Source: Lama glama
Lineage: Eukaryota
Direction: 5' to 3'
Length of the DNA stretch: 64,000 nucleotides
Assembly (NCBI GenBank): GCA_028534125.1
Contig: CM052817.1
Location: forward strand, 22,260,001-22,324,000
The notes under the pieces were generated by a model that had not been told where the DNA came from, made no database searches, and saw only the letters and a program-made list of their open reading frames with translations. How positions within the stretch are numbered: position 1 is the stretch's first letter; every line of letters starts with the position of its first letter. Below, piece by piece: positions 24,674 through 38,451 of this stretch. The position numbers and the translations under genes are program-made.

Positions 24674-26914
24674 GTGTTTTAAACCATTGTAATAAAATGC
24701 TTAACTATACTTAAAACTATTGAAAAAAATGTCTAACATGTTACTGGTTTAAAGTAGAAGACTAATGGTTATTAGTATTATTCCAGAGGATTTATACTCT
24801 GAATAGGCTTGTGCCATATGGCAGTTTTACAAAATACATTATTCCCTTTTAATAAAAAACTATACTGCATTTTAATTATCAATTATGACTTAGTGGGTCA
24901 ACAGAATTCTCCAAGATGAAATAGGATATGTGAATGTTTATCTTAATATTCATTTAGTAAAAGACCAATCGTTTTTTATGATTCTTAAGAGCATACAAAT
25001 TAAAGTTATGATGGAAAGTGTAGCTTAATTTCTTCCTTTTATTACTTATGTCTGTTAATTTCATAAGTATTAAATTCCGTAAAGCAATTATTGCCAATCA
25101 TTATAGCTCAAGAGCAATAACTGCTTTATTTGTTAATGAAATAGTTATTTAAGGCACGTCATTTGGAGTGTTAACAAATATTTACTTATTTCTTACTAAG
25201 AATAAAAAAAAATTCTTAGTATTTCAGGAGGACAGCCCGGATATCTAAGCTATTGAATATTAAAAAAATAACTTTGGCAGAATTACATAATCAAAGTAGG
25301 AAAACAAGAGCGTGAGTAACTATGAGTGTCTTAGCACTTGATATTTGCAGTAACTTACCATCTTTATTTCTCCATAACCATCCTGCTACATTCCAGAACA
25401 TTCTGTATATTGGTTGTGTTTTAAGGTACCATTGAGTGTGTGCTGCTACATTTATCACTGTGTAATTTGTGGATCCAAGTACCATTTCAGAACCCCAAAC
25501 AGCATTTATTAAATTTGTTAAGTAATTATATTTACTGGTGATAATTTCAATTTCACAGTGCAAATCAGCACAGGTGTGCCTGGCAATTCTGTGTCTTCAT
25601 CCGCAGAGCCCCTGCTGTACATAAAGCATCCACTAGTAATTTTCTTTAATTCTCTTAATTGCTCGGGGCAGCCTGAGCCACTCTTTTCCCCTAATTTGAT
25701 GCTTTCTGTTGTGTTTCATAGAAAACAAAGTAGTCTGGAGAGGGGCCACTTATAATTACAAGAATTGAAATACAAACACACTTGTGTCTAATATGGATTT
25801 GGAGTCAACTTTGTGGCATTTACATGTATATCTATGTGATATAAACATTTCAGGAAACTAATGGACCAGTCTCAGAGAAGAGAAACAACAAGAGAAAAGA
25901 AAAGCAAAATAAAACAGAAGATTCACATTTTGAAAGATTATGAAGCATACTTTTAACGTAATGATACTAAAATTGAAGCCAATCTTATAACAAATCTTAT
26001 TTTTCCATTGTATTAGAACTTTATAATTATATTCACTTGTATTCCATTTATTTTCCAAAGAATCATTTATGAATGTATATTCTAGTGTTGTTGAACTTGG
26101 AGTTCATCAAACATTGTTTTTGTTTTTTGTTTTTACTACTCCTAACTTTGCACATTCTGTTCCATCTAACTGAAGTTCATGGGACCAGATTTACTTTATG
26201 CTTTTAGACATCCTCAGTCCTTGATGCATGTGTTTAAAATAAATAAATGGTCATATGGCTAAATATTGCTCTTAATACCTTTAAAAAGCTGAAAAGACTA
26301 CCACTAATATGTTTTGCAATGAAATATTTTAGCTGTATACACCACAATTAAATATGAATTATTTAATGAGTTCAGCTTGTTTCACTTGTATCATATATGG
26401 GGAAAAATATAAGCTAATGTTTTAAAGTACTTCAAGAAACAGAACTCTTAATATATTCCGCTGAAATTTTATGCAAGGAAACATAATAGAAGAAGCCGTT
26501 TGCTTCTGGAAAGCTCAATTATCATAGAAAGTAAAATGCTGTTACTAAAGAAACAGGTTCCCGTAGAACAAAGCAAATGACTACATAATTTGAAATCTAG
26601 CTTGCACCTGCATGAGTGAGAGATAACTTTTGATTCCATTAGTCTCTGTCACTCTGAGCAACATTGTGGATATTGTGTAAAATTAAGTGAGGAAGGCAAC
26701 ATTGGTTGATGGAATGGCGAACACCTGTTTAATAAAATCATTTTTCTTGTTTCTATTCCCATTTTCAGCAGATGCTATGTAGGATATGGGCCTGCATTTA
26801 CCAGGAAACTGGGCAAGCTCTGAGGGATGGCAAAAAATACTACCTGTATCATTATTGGAATGGCTGAAAAATCACCATGGTCCAATGTGAGACAGTCTTC
26901 TATTAATTCAAATG

Positions 26915-27086
26915 TGTTTGTTCTTAAGATTTTGGAGATTGTCAAATCTTTTGAGAACCTGATTAAATCTAAGAACTCTTTGACCAGAAAAGTACATACA
27001 GATACAAATTTCCATATTATTTGAGAGGGACATGGATTTCCTAAAGTCCTCATGGGGAATTGATAGATTCCGAGTAAAGATGCCTA
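26915..27086 (+). mobile_element. MER117-like hAT MITE (degenerate)
   Basis: gttcttaa...ctttgagaacctgat...ccagaaaagtacatacagatacaaattt matches the recalled MER117 layout. Confidence 0.55.
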
Positions 27087-27789
27087 TTCAAATAGCTACC
27101 TAGTGATCAAAGTGTTTAATCACTGTGAATCTAGTTCACTGATATTTTATATCCAGGGTTCATTCTTCTTGAGCCTGTAAAGTCACTCTATGCTTAGATA
27201 ATTTCTTTCAAATAGTTAGGATAACAAATCTCTTACTACTCCCAATTGGCAGGAAAATACAAAAGGACAAGGAATGCATGCTATTAAATATCATTCATCA
27301 ATGTTACTTTATATTTATGATAATTTTTCTTTTGTATGCCACAATTTACTAAACCATTATTTCATTGTTTAGTATTTAGGAATATTTTCATAAATAATTG
27401 TACAAATCTGGTTTTTCCCTTAGTGTAAATTCTGAGGATTTGGAATAACATGGCTAAAAAGTGTGAATGTGCTAAAATTATTGAGGCATATTACTAAATG
27501 GATTACTAATATTACTAAATGGATTACTAAATTGAGGCATATTACTACAAAATAGAAACAAATTATTATTCCACCAATGTTTTAAGCTAAATGTTATTTC
27601 AATATATCCTCAGTAACTGGACAATATTCAATTTGCCATTGAAAAAACAATAAATAAAAAATAAAATGTACTGTTACCATCTTATAAAAGACATTATCTG
27701 AGACCCAGAATAATAAAATAAGTAATAGATTTTATAACAACTACAGGAGACAAGCAAATCCAGTTTCACGTGACTAATTTTTCTGATGA

Positions 27790-28978
27790 TCTTTGTCAAA
27801 GCAAAAATTATATCTGACAAAGTTAAACAAGCAAGAAGACTTTACTCAAGGTTAAAGGGGAGAGAGACCATAATGCAGTGTGAGCTCAACTCCAGTAAAA
27901 CAAAAAGCAATGGATTTTAAGCAGAGGCAAAAGAGTGAGAAAATATGGGAGAACACTAGCAGGGAGGTTGATCAATGGGATATGTGGAGCAGATTGAGTT
28001 ATCCCTGAAAATGCAAATATTTTTCTTTGCGATTAGGCCATTGTGCTTACTAATTGAAGTTGGGCTCCTCCCCTCCCACAGAGACTGGGAGGTGGAGGTG
28101 CCATCTCCTTCAGTGCTTGCATTTCAAAGAGGTGGACCCCAGGTTCATTAGGATTATTTCTGGGCAATAAACTGGAAAGAGACTTTCAGAAAAGATTGAC
28201 ATCTCAAAGCGATGCAGGAAAACTGATGTGGGACGTGATGGGGGCCATGTCTCAGGCACTGGTTGAGCCCCTGGAACGTACCCCACGAAGGTGGGTCCTT
28301 GGCTTCGCGCAGGAAAGAATTCAAGAGTGAACCACAGTTGAGTAAAGGTAGATTTATTCAGAGAGACCCACTGAAAGGCAAGAGAAAGGCCAGAGGTGTG
28401 GGGGTTGGGTGCTCAGATTGAGAGTGGGTACACACTCTATAGACAGAATGCAGGCCTTCCAAACTAGGGAAAAAGAGAGAGAGAGTCACCGGGCGGCTGT
28501 GAGGTGCCGTGTTGCCAGTTTTTATGGGCTTGGTAGCTTCATATGTTAATAAGTGGAAGGACCAGTCTAACTAGTCTGGGAAAAGGGCTGGGATTCCCAG
28601 GAAGTTGGCCATTTCCCACTCTTTGACCTTTTGTGGCTAGCCTTGGGACTGCCATGGTGCCTGTGGGTGTGTTATTGACCGTGTTAATATATTGCAATGG
28701 GCGTATACTGAAGCTCAAGTTCTGCTAGAAGTCAAATCTCCCACCATCTTGAGCCTCAGGTCCTACTGGGGGTTGCATCTTCCACCATTTTGATGTTAAT
28801 TGCTGTAGCATTCCTTGAAAGGCTGTGCCCTGCCCCCTTCCTGTCTCAAAAAGGGCAGAGAAATCATTTTGAATTTTAAGTTTTCTCATCTAAATATGCT
28901 GAGAAAGAAGGGGACAGAAGCCTAGAATCAGAACAAAGCCTGTTTAAAGTTTTGTCAAGCTTAAGGCCCCGGTGATCA
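27790..28978 (-). mobile_element. MER31/MER67-like ERV1 LTR, interrupted at 28210-28848
   Basis: ctcccacagagactggga...gcatttcaaagag...gacatctcaaag | ggcagagaaatc...aaagttttgtcaag; the sequence is contiguous across the insertion. Confidence 0.65.
28210..28848 (-). mobile_element. younger solo LTR nested in an older LTR
   Basis: Minus strand begins TGAGACAGGAAG; antisense polyA TTTATT near 28353; GC-richer with CpGs; approximate TSD caaag/aaaag. Confidence 0.75.
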
Positions 28979-31287
28979 CTTAATAGCTTAGGCCACAGTA
29001 TAAAAGCAAACTTTAAAGAAATTAAGCCAACCTACTAAAGCATTTAGCTTTACAATGGAATAATGTGATATGTTTCTAAAATTTAGATTAGCTAAGTGTA
29101 GACTTACTTCCTTGAATATCACTTTTATCTGGGAGCCTCTGCTCCAAGATGGTTTAGAGAACTTTTTATTAAGGCTTTTAATGTGTCTTCCTATTTGAAT
29201 AATCATTAGGCTTTGGGACTCGGATGTCTGAACATAGTGAAACCTCAGGGAAGAAGCCCAGAAAACTTTCCTCAGCTGGATTCTTACATTCGGGGAACTT
29301 CTAAGTGACACCTGAGGCTTAGTTCAAAACATTCCCAGACGCTTTATATTTGTAAGATCTAGATGTCCAGAGAGACTCTAGTTATACAGTGAAATTTCTC
29401 TTGTCCAACACAGATGTTTCTGAGCTCATAAATCCACCCTAAGCATTTGGCCGGGAGATGTCAGTCATAGAATATGAACATATCATAGATTAGTTTCCCA
29501 TGCGGTGCACAATCAGGCAGAGGTGATAAGATATGCGTGTAACTAAGTGCACTCAAGAAGTGCATGATCTAAAGATGCTGCACAGAGTTACACATCCGTT
29601 TATAATTTTAACCTGTTCTTCTTAGTGCCATTTTTCTCTTTCTATCTAACTCATTAACTTTCCTTTCCCTTTTTCTGCATACATCACTAAGTTTCATAGT
29701 AATTGCTTTTCTGTGAATATTCTATTGCTTCTCTCCTCGAGGGAAAACATGCTGTTGTCTATTCATATATTTTTGTCCTTTCCTTCAGTTAATTTACTCA
29801 GCTCTAGCTGCTGTTCACTCTCAAGGTGAACTTCCTGCATTCAGAATATATACTCTTTATTATAAAGTGACATCACAAGTATTCAACTTCTCTGGGTTAT
29901 AAAAGACACAGATATTGTGCCATTATGAGGCAAGCATACTATGCCCTTGGGCAAAAGTGCGTGCTTTCTTCCTCTCCAAAGAAGATTGCTGCCAATTGAA
30001 AAAAAAAATGTTTTAAACATGTTAACTGCATTCAGTCACTATTGAAATACGCAAAAGGACAATGTTCTGGTATTGTGCTTTGTTTCTGATTTTTATCTTC
30101 CTTAATAACTTCTGATAACATTGTGAAGTCATTTTATTAATATACACTTAAGGAAAAATAATTGGCACCATGGCTATGTTTCTGTTCTTCTATCATAAAT
30201 ATTCGAGTGAAATTCACTATAATGCCAGCATAATGCAATATTGTATTTTTAATACAATGCGTACCTAAAATTATGTACAACTTGCTAGGTTATGCATCAT
30301 GGATTCTTCACGGGCAAAGGATACTTTAACAGTGACCGGACATGATGAGGAGAAAAGGGAATTTGGAAAAGGAGAGTTAAGCCAAGATGAGACGCAGGGC
30401 GCCTGCATCTCCCTGTGCTGAGCAAAATTGGCTGTCACTGCTCTAAGCATAAGCCTGGCTAAAGGGGAAACCATGGAAATACATGATAGGGAGGACTTTT
30501 CTACATCTTACTATCTCCCTCCACACATGAAGGGAAGAGTCAAGTCAAAAAGGTACCAGATGTAAGTTTGTTATTGTTTGCAGGTAAGGAACTCCTTTGA
30601 AAAATCACTCTTAAGGGGAGTTGGGGGACTGGAAATAAATAAAAGAACACACATTAAAAATTGTTCTACTGTTTTGTAGCTTAACAGACAGCCCCTTCCC
30701 AGCAGCAATTAGTGGACTTTAAGTTAAAACTTTCCTCTTATAAGAAAATAACATGTTAAAAAGGAAAATCTTGTATTTTCTTCCCCAGACTTAGATCTCT
30801 AGTGAGAGTATAAGAAAAGACTGAAAGATAGGACTTTCTTGGAAGAGATTTTTCTCACTGAGTCAGTCAATTAAGAATTTCAATGCCAACATTAGCTCAG
30901 AAATTCTGTTTAAAGAAATTTTAAGTTCATTTGTTTATAAAAGAATTCAGTAAAAGCACAATTTAAAGCCAGAAAGTTATTTTCAGATACCTTGGTTTCA
31001 GAAGAATTTCTTTGTTAGAATTTAGGAATTCAGTGTGTAAACCCATTTCCACCCACCTCAGCTAGGATTTAGGCTGCTCTTAGCTTATATCCAAACTGCC
31101 TTTCTGCTTGAGAGGAATTAGATTACAAATCTCATATGCTTGCCTCATGCATACATTAGGCAGAGAAGCCACCTGCTTATTTCACAAAATGTGTCTGGAG
31201 AAACATTTTTTTTCCTTAAGCTTGTTTACAACCCATTATTTATGTGGTAGTAGCAGAGGACAAGGTTGGAAAGTCACTAGTTTCTTT

Positions 31288-31420
31288 GGTGAGGGCATAG
31301 CTTAGTGGTAGAGTGCCTGCCTAATGTGTACAGGGTCCTGGGTTCAATTCCCAGTACATCTGTTAAAAAACCTAATAAATAAATCTAATTGTTGCCCACT
31401 CAAAACGTTAAAAATAAAAG
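31288..31420 (+). mobile_element. tRNA-derived SINE (camelid Vic-1-like)
   Basis: A box tagcttagtgg, B box gggttcaattccc, and A-rich tail; homologous to 57915-58069. Confidence 0.8.
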
Positions 31421-31995
31421 GTTAATGGCTAGTTTTCTCTTTGCTTCTTTATGCAGAACACCATAGGTGCCAAAAAGTTATCCAAAATTTAACATGCAAC
31501 TAAAAATATCCTCTCTATAAGATCTAAGCTCCATCAAATGTGCATAAATTTAAAACAATTTTAAAGACAACTCATTTGAATGATCATGTTAAGGAAAAAC
31601 TTGATAAACTAAATGGAAGTATCCTAGGAGGAAGGAAGCTCTCAAAATGGGAGTGATTTTTGATGATGATGTCATTCATCATTTTCCAATAAGTAACACT
31701 AATTATTTGGACACTAAGTTCCTGGCTTCGTCAAAATTAAAACCTTATGTTCTGTCAGAGACATGGACTAAGCAGAGAGACGTTCATGCCCACAACAGCT
31801 GAGCGGGCAAAATATGTCAAAATGTCAAACTGTGAAAGTGGTGTATAAATTTAAGAGGGAAATTGCCAGTCCTTGTGATTTTGTGGCCATCAGATCACAT
31901 TCGGTATGAGAGTTGACATTCAAGAGTTCACAAATCACATATGACACACAGAGATATCTTTATAAAATAATAGAAGACATCACCCATTACTAGAC

Positions 31996-32228
31996 CAGTG
32001 TTTCTTAATTCTTTTATTGCTCCCTTCCCAGGAGACTTCTTAAATATAGTTTTTTCCCCCAAATCATTGTCTCCCTTGAAATTTAGTACTACAGAGATAC
32101 ACCTGTTTATTTACTATATGTGCACCTCTGTTTTATACATTAAAAGAATAAGGGTTTTTTCCACAGACCCCTGACATAGGCAAATTTTGCCCCATGAGGG
32201 CAATAAACATCCATTGCAAAAGCATTCA
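31996..32228 (+). mobile_element. non-autonomous hAT-Charlie-like element
   Basis: cagtgtttcttaa terminus with internal gaaatttagtactacagagatac...ttatacattaaaagaataag...aaattttgcccc; family uncertain. Confidence 0.5.
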
Positions 32229-32699
32229 TTGACAGATGAATGAATTAGTATTTGGAAAAAGAAAATTTTTTTCTTCAGATTCTAGAAAATCACCCTCTCC
32301 TTCAATTTATTTTAGCTAAGGATAACTTTCATTAAAAATCTCTTTCTCCAAAAATTCACATCTGATTAAATGTAAAACAGGTACTTCTGTTAGCTATTGA
32401 TTAGCTTGTTCCCTACAGTGTGCTGTTTGGAACACTTCCCTAGTCCCAATTTCAGTCCACAATCTGTACCATGGATGCCTCTCTACTAGTAGTAGTAGTG
32501 GTCCCACTACTACCTCTGCATTGATAGTTGTTAATTCTATACTTGTGGCCCTAGAATCTTTCCAGGACTGGATATTTTACTGAATGCTGTATACACCTTC
32601 ATCTGAACAACCCACAGGTACCTTAGGGTGAAAATATACACTGCACTTCTCCTTCTATAAAACTTTTTTTTAAATGAAAACTTCTTTCTTCCCTTATCT

Positions 32700-33468
32700 G
32701 CTGCTTCCATTTGTTCACTAATGTCTGTCGACTCCAGGATTATAATCTCACATTTATGATAATCGCTCATGTGTATTCTTTAGCACATCCTTCACAGTAT
32801 TCCCGGGTTAGATCAGCTCTCTTCCTCCCATGTCTACACTATTAAATAACTCTAACGTTGTCTCTCTGCCTCTAGTTTTGCCAAGTTAGCTCAGTCATTT
32901 TCACTGTAACTTGGATAATTTCACTAAAACAGAAATCTATCAATATGATTCCTTTTCTTTAGAATGACACCCCATTTCTCCAGAAATAATGTTAAGCCTC
33001 TTTAGCTGAGCATACAAACCTGACACTAGTCTGATATATCTAGCCTTATTTTTAGCCACTTCTGTCCAATGTTAAAGCCATATTAAGTTCATTAAGTGTG
33101 CTAATTTCTAAAATTACTCCATGGGGTTATCCTTTCCTGAGACTTTGTACCTGACTGCCAACCCCTGTTGGCCTCCTTAAATCAACCTCTCAAACCTTCA
33201 AAATCCACTTCATGTCTCTGCTCTCCTAAAGACTTCCTGTACTCTCTGACTGGAGTTCATCAATCAACCTCAATTTGTGCTACTTTCATATTTACTAGTG
33301 ACTTCCAGCATGACAGTAATATTTTTCAAATATTTTTATATGTCTGCCTCTTTGATTAGGCTTGACAGCAATAATAATTTAATTCATTTTCAAATCTGCC
33401 TCAACTGATTCAACTCAGTATATACTAAGTTGTGAATGAATGGAGAGATTGTCAATAAATGAATGAAA
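32700..33468 (+). mobile_element. degenerate LINE-2 3' region
   Basis: Pyrimidine-rich body with tctctctgcctctagt...aaacagaaatct motifs and a gaatgaatg tail. Confidence 0.5.
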
Positions 33469-35921
33469 AAAGTTGATGGGAGGCAACATGGCTAGAATGA
33501 AAGAACTCAGGAAAATAAACCAGATAGCACAAGTCACTAAAAGCTTCAAATTCAGTTTTTCAGATGCCAATAAAATTCATTTGGAAGAAATGATGTTGTT
33601 TTCCATCAATAAGGTAAGACAGTCTCTGGGTATTCAAAAGGAAAAAAAAAGTATGCTAATGAGTGAGGAATTAATCATGTTTTCCTAATGAGGAACATAG
33701 TAACCTTGTAAATGTTTCTGTCCATAAGCCAATGAGCCATTTCACAAATTTTAACAGTGTATTTGCTGGTTTTCTGCATCCTTTTATCATATGCTTAGCA
33801 CCCATGAAAGCGAGATCCTTAAAAAAAAAATGACATCCCCTAAAGATGTACTTGAAATAGTCAAGTAAAATCAAAGTATTTTCTATTTCCTAGAGTTAAT
33901 TTTAGCATCTCATGTCACCCCAGAGATAAATGAGCTAATTTTCTGTAAAATCTATTATTAATCCTACCAATTATACATAAAACACCAAAATGTCTGATAT
34001 CATGCATTATCTATTTAAATTAGGATAAGTATCTCAGTCAAATAAAAAGGTCTTGCTTTTTCACTTGAAATTTGTCACTGGAGTACTTGGACCTGATGGT
34101 ATTTTTTCCTCTTAGCCAAAGTCTGTCTAAAACATATTTTCCCTAAGCCTCATTTTGATAGTTATGAGACATTTTGATTCTTCTTTTGGAAGTAAAAAAT
34201 ATCTAATGCCTGTCAAATCTCTAAAGCTTTAGTCTGGTGTGAGTTTTAGAAAAGAACAGACTCTCCAGGTGTACAGATGATTAATGAGAGAAGTCTGAGC
34301 ACTGAAACACAGAGGCAAAAGAGGTTAACGGCATGTGTATGCTTAGCTGGAATATTATGGAGGAACTGGAAAATGTCAAATATTGAACAGATACAAGATT
34401 AATTCAGGTCTCCTTGACAGTTATTTATATGGCATCTCTTAGGTATTAAAAAACACACAGAAGGCAAAAATGGAAAGTAAAGAGATAAAATTTATAAACA
34501 AGATTAGTGATAAAGGGAAAAGGAGAAAATGTATATTAGTAGAATATATCAGAAGTTTCCTACCTAGATAATGTAAGTGGCTCACTTACTATTTAGATCA
34601 CACATCCTTCCATCAGCTCTGAATACAGAATCAGAAGAAATTTGAAGACAAAAGTTTAAAAAAAAACTGTTGTGTGAACATTACTCTGCAGTCTATGTGG
34701 TCTAATTAGTTTCAGTTCTTTTTATTTAATCTGAACGTCAAAATCTTTCACTCAACCAAATCTCTGTTTCACACATAACAAGAATCACTTTCATTCCCTT
34801 TGCCATCATGCCCTGAAAAGCTCTTCTCTGAAGAGTCTGAGTCATGAAGAAAAGCAAAGGAAAATGAACATTAGACTTTTGCCCAAAGTCCTGATTAATA
34901 ATTTTGTTGAGATTTAGTATCACCATGCTCAATTACTCCTTCCATTTTGTGCTTCTCCATTTTTGCAAGAATTTATGTTCTCTAAACTCGTATCTTCTTT
35001 CTGTTGTCCTTGTCTTTCTTGTTCTGTTTGTAGAAGTGAATCAAACAGACATGAACGTAGACAAATGTCAGGACATTTAAAAGTACATAAAAAAATCCTA
35101 AAACCAAAAAACAAACAAAACACCCTGAGATGTATAAGTAATTGACTAAGATAACTGTAGATGTGTGTGTAAATATATGTACATATATACACATATGTAC
35201 ATATATATACACACTTGTATATAGTAGTGACTCATGTAAAGCTTTTAAGCTATAGTTTATTTTCAAAATGTCAAATCAAATATGTTTCTTCCAGAATGCC
35301 ATGGCTTACTGCTTACTTCATCCACTTTCGATATAAAAATAGTTTGTCTTGCAGAAGGTTATGGTGGGAAGTACAGTGGAGCTGTGTACGTAGGAAGGGT
35401 TAACAAAAATGCCCACTGTTCATAAGACTGAAAATGCATCCAAGGAAAAACAGGAAGATTGCAAGTAATTAGGCAGTCCAGGGTTGATTTCCTTCCTGTA
35501 CCAAACAATCTAGATGATTTCTAAAATCTCCACAGCAAATGTGAACAAAATTATGAGGCAGAGAAAAAGATAAGAAATAATTAGACAAACACATCTGCTA
35601 GTATACTGCAGCACAAAGTACCTTAAAGAGGTTCAAAGAAACTGAAACCAGTATGCAATATTAGGACTAAAGCAAAATGGAAGATGACTGAAATAAGACA
35701 GTGGATTGAATGTGAGTAATTAAACACAGGCATTACATGTTCATTTAACTTTTGGAAATTTTAAATATAAAAGATATTTATGTGAAAAATATGAAATAAA
35801 ATGCATCATTACATTAACTAATGAGATTAAATTATATTGAGATTCATTTTCTCTATTGATGACCTAATTGTTACCAGGTCCTTTACAGACTTTTGGACAG
35901 CAGTATCATAAAAATTAATAT

Positions 35922-36423
35922 TGTTCCCATAAGACTCTTAGGCAAGCAAATCGTTTTATAAAAGAGATGGCTTGTGCTTCAAAGAGAAGGTGGGAAAAAA
36001 ATGCCAGCTCCCCGAGTGGAAGGGGCCAGGTGCTTTTATAACAAAAGGGAGGGTTTGCCTCATGGTCACTGATAATTTCCAGAAATCATCAAAACTCTTT
36101 GATCAGCATCAGGTGGCTCCATGGTGGCTGTCAGGATAGAGAGTCCTTCTGCAGAGGGGAGAAATACATGGGAATTTTCTGCAAGAGAGCACAGGAACAC
36201 ATAGGGTTAAAATTTATAGTCGACCTCCTTCCTTGTCTTGGGGCACCTAGGTATACTCATTAGTGTAACAGAGATGAAGTTAATCTTTTATTCTTGGGAA
36301 CCTGATTTTTGTCTCTGGGATGCAGTCCCCCAGGGCCTTTGCTCTTGAGTTTGCAAGGCCTGTTTTGCCCAAGGCTGTCCCTCGTACTTTCCAAAATGGC
36401 TGTCCTCTTGTCTGCCTGCCTCA
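35922..36423 (-). mobile_element. solo LTR
   Basis: TG...CTCA termini, antisense TATA (cttttataa) near 36034, and GC-richer than the flanks. Confidence 0.65.
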
Positions 36424-36809
36424 TAATGAGTTAAAATGCTTCCAGTTTTACACTAGTTGGGACTGAAATTCATTGCATCATATCTGGAGCTGTTACACAG
36501 TATTAACTCAGAGGAAGGTAGGTGGATGATGTTGAAAATAGGGAGGCAATCTCATCCACTGAATTTTAAGTCAGATATGTAAACATGTAGTCCAAAAGTT
36601 ATTTTCAGGAAAGTGAATTTCAGGCTAAGAAGAATGAAATTGTATCATCAATCATAAAGGGACTGAATATTGGAAAACTGAGTCACTGATCTAATTGTCG
36701 AATTTCTAGTGAAGAGGTCAATAATTAAATTTTCTTTTGTTATGTGGATAATTTGAAGCCAACAAAATACTAAATTTATACAATTAAATTGCCTTTGATT
36801 TTCTTAAAA

Positions 36810-38450
36810 ACTACTTTACTGAGATATGATTACTGTGTAAAAAGCTGTACATACTTAATACATACAACTCAATTTCAGTTTAGAGATAAGTAAACACCTG
36901 TTAAACCATCACCACCATTAAGACCATAAACATGTTCATCACCTCCCAACATTCCTTCCATCACCTTTCTTATTATATTTTGTGTGTGGTAAGAGCACTT
37001 GACATAATATTTACCTTCTTAACAAATTTTATATAATAAAATATTATTAGCTATAGGCACTATTCTATATAGTAGGTCTTCAGAATTTACCTTGCAAAAC
37101 GGAAACTTTGTACCTTTGACCATCACCTCCCATTTCCCCATCCCTATGGACTCTAGCAAACACCATCTATTATTCTGTTTCTGAGTTTAACTGATTTAGA
37201 TTCTACAGATAGTGAGATCATATAATATTTGGATTTCTGCCTTTGGCTTATTTCACTTAGCATAGTGTTCTCCAGGTTCATTCACATTCATGTAAAAATA
37301 ATTTCCTTCTTTTTTAAGGTTGAAAAATATTCTATTGCATGTATATCACATTTTCTTTATCCATCCATTGTTGGATATTTAGGTTATTTCTGTATCTTAG
37401 CTATTGTGAATGATGCTGCAATGAATATCAGAGTGCGGGTACCACTTCCAGATTCTGACTTCAATTCCTTTGACTAAATACCTAGAAGGAGGATTGCTGG
37501 ATCACATGGTAGTTTAATTTTTAAAACATTTTTTAGGCACCACCATACATTTTCCATAATTGCTATAATAATCTATATTCCCACAAACAGTATACCAGGG
37601 TCCTCTTTTTTCCACGTGCTAGCCAAAACTTGTTTTCTTTTCCTTTTCAAATAATGATCATCCTAACAGATGCGAGGTGATATTTACTAGCAGTTTTGAT
37701 TTGGGTTTCCCTGCTGGCTGCATCCCTGATGATGTGCGTCTCTGTGATGCTGCAGAGCACCTTTTCATATACCTGTTGGCTATTTGTGTGTTTTCTTTGA
37801 ATAAAAGTCTTTTCAGTTATTTGCCCATTTTAAAATCAAATTATTTGTTTTTTAGGTTTTTTAAATTTGTTTTGTTTTGCTATTAAATTGTATCAGTTGC
37901 TTATATATTTTGAATATTAAGCCTTTATCAGATATGGTTTGCAAATATTTTCTCCCATTTTGTAGATTGCCTTTTCATTTTGTTGATTATTTCCTTTGTC
38001 ATGTAGAAACTCTTTAGTCTGATGCAATCTCATTGTTAATTTTTGCTTTTGCTGCCTGTGCTTTCGGTGTCATATCCAAAAACTCATTGTCAAGACCAAT
38101 GTTAAAGAGATCATGGATTTTCTGTGTATGGTATAAGAAAAAGATCCAATTTTGTTCTTTGGCAAGTGGTATTCAGTTTTCACAACACCATTTTTTTAAG
38201 AAACTGTTTTTTCTCCATCTTGTATTCTTGGCACCCTATTGAAGACTAGTTAAACATACGCATGAGTTTATTTCTGGGCTCTCGCTTTTATTCCATTGGT
38301 ATACGTGTTTGTTTGCATGCCAGTACAATGGTATTGTAATTGTTCCAGCTGTATAATATAACCTTAAGTCAGTGTGATGCTTCCTGTTTTGTTCTTTCTC
38401 TAGATAGCTCCTTGGGTTCTTTTACAGTTCCATATAAATTTTAGGATTTT
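36810..38450 (-). mobile_element. old LINE-1 3' UTR and ORF2 3' part
   Basis: Typical antisense L1 motifs: tggcttatttcacttagcat, gctattgtgaatgatgctgcaatgaa, ggattgctggatca, gcaaatattttctcccatt. Confidence 0.88.
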
Positions 38451-38451
38451 A

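Noticed and set aside
26741..26890. Strong acceptor (ttttcagcag) suggesting a coding exon
   Set aside because: All three frames hit stops before a plausible donor.
29520..29598. Imperfect inverted repeat as a possible miRNA hairpin
   Set aside because: The stem is short and mismatched with a long loop; more likely a decayed DNA-transposon relic or chance.
31288..31362. tRNA gene (also 57915-57990)
   Set aside because: A/B boxes are present, but the stems are degenerate and A-rich tails (plus a TSD for the second copy) mark these as SINEs.
35330..35403. piggyBac-like terminus (...GGAAGGG TTAA)
   Set aside because: I could not find a matching opposite terminus.
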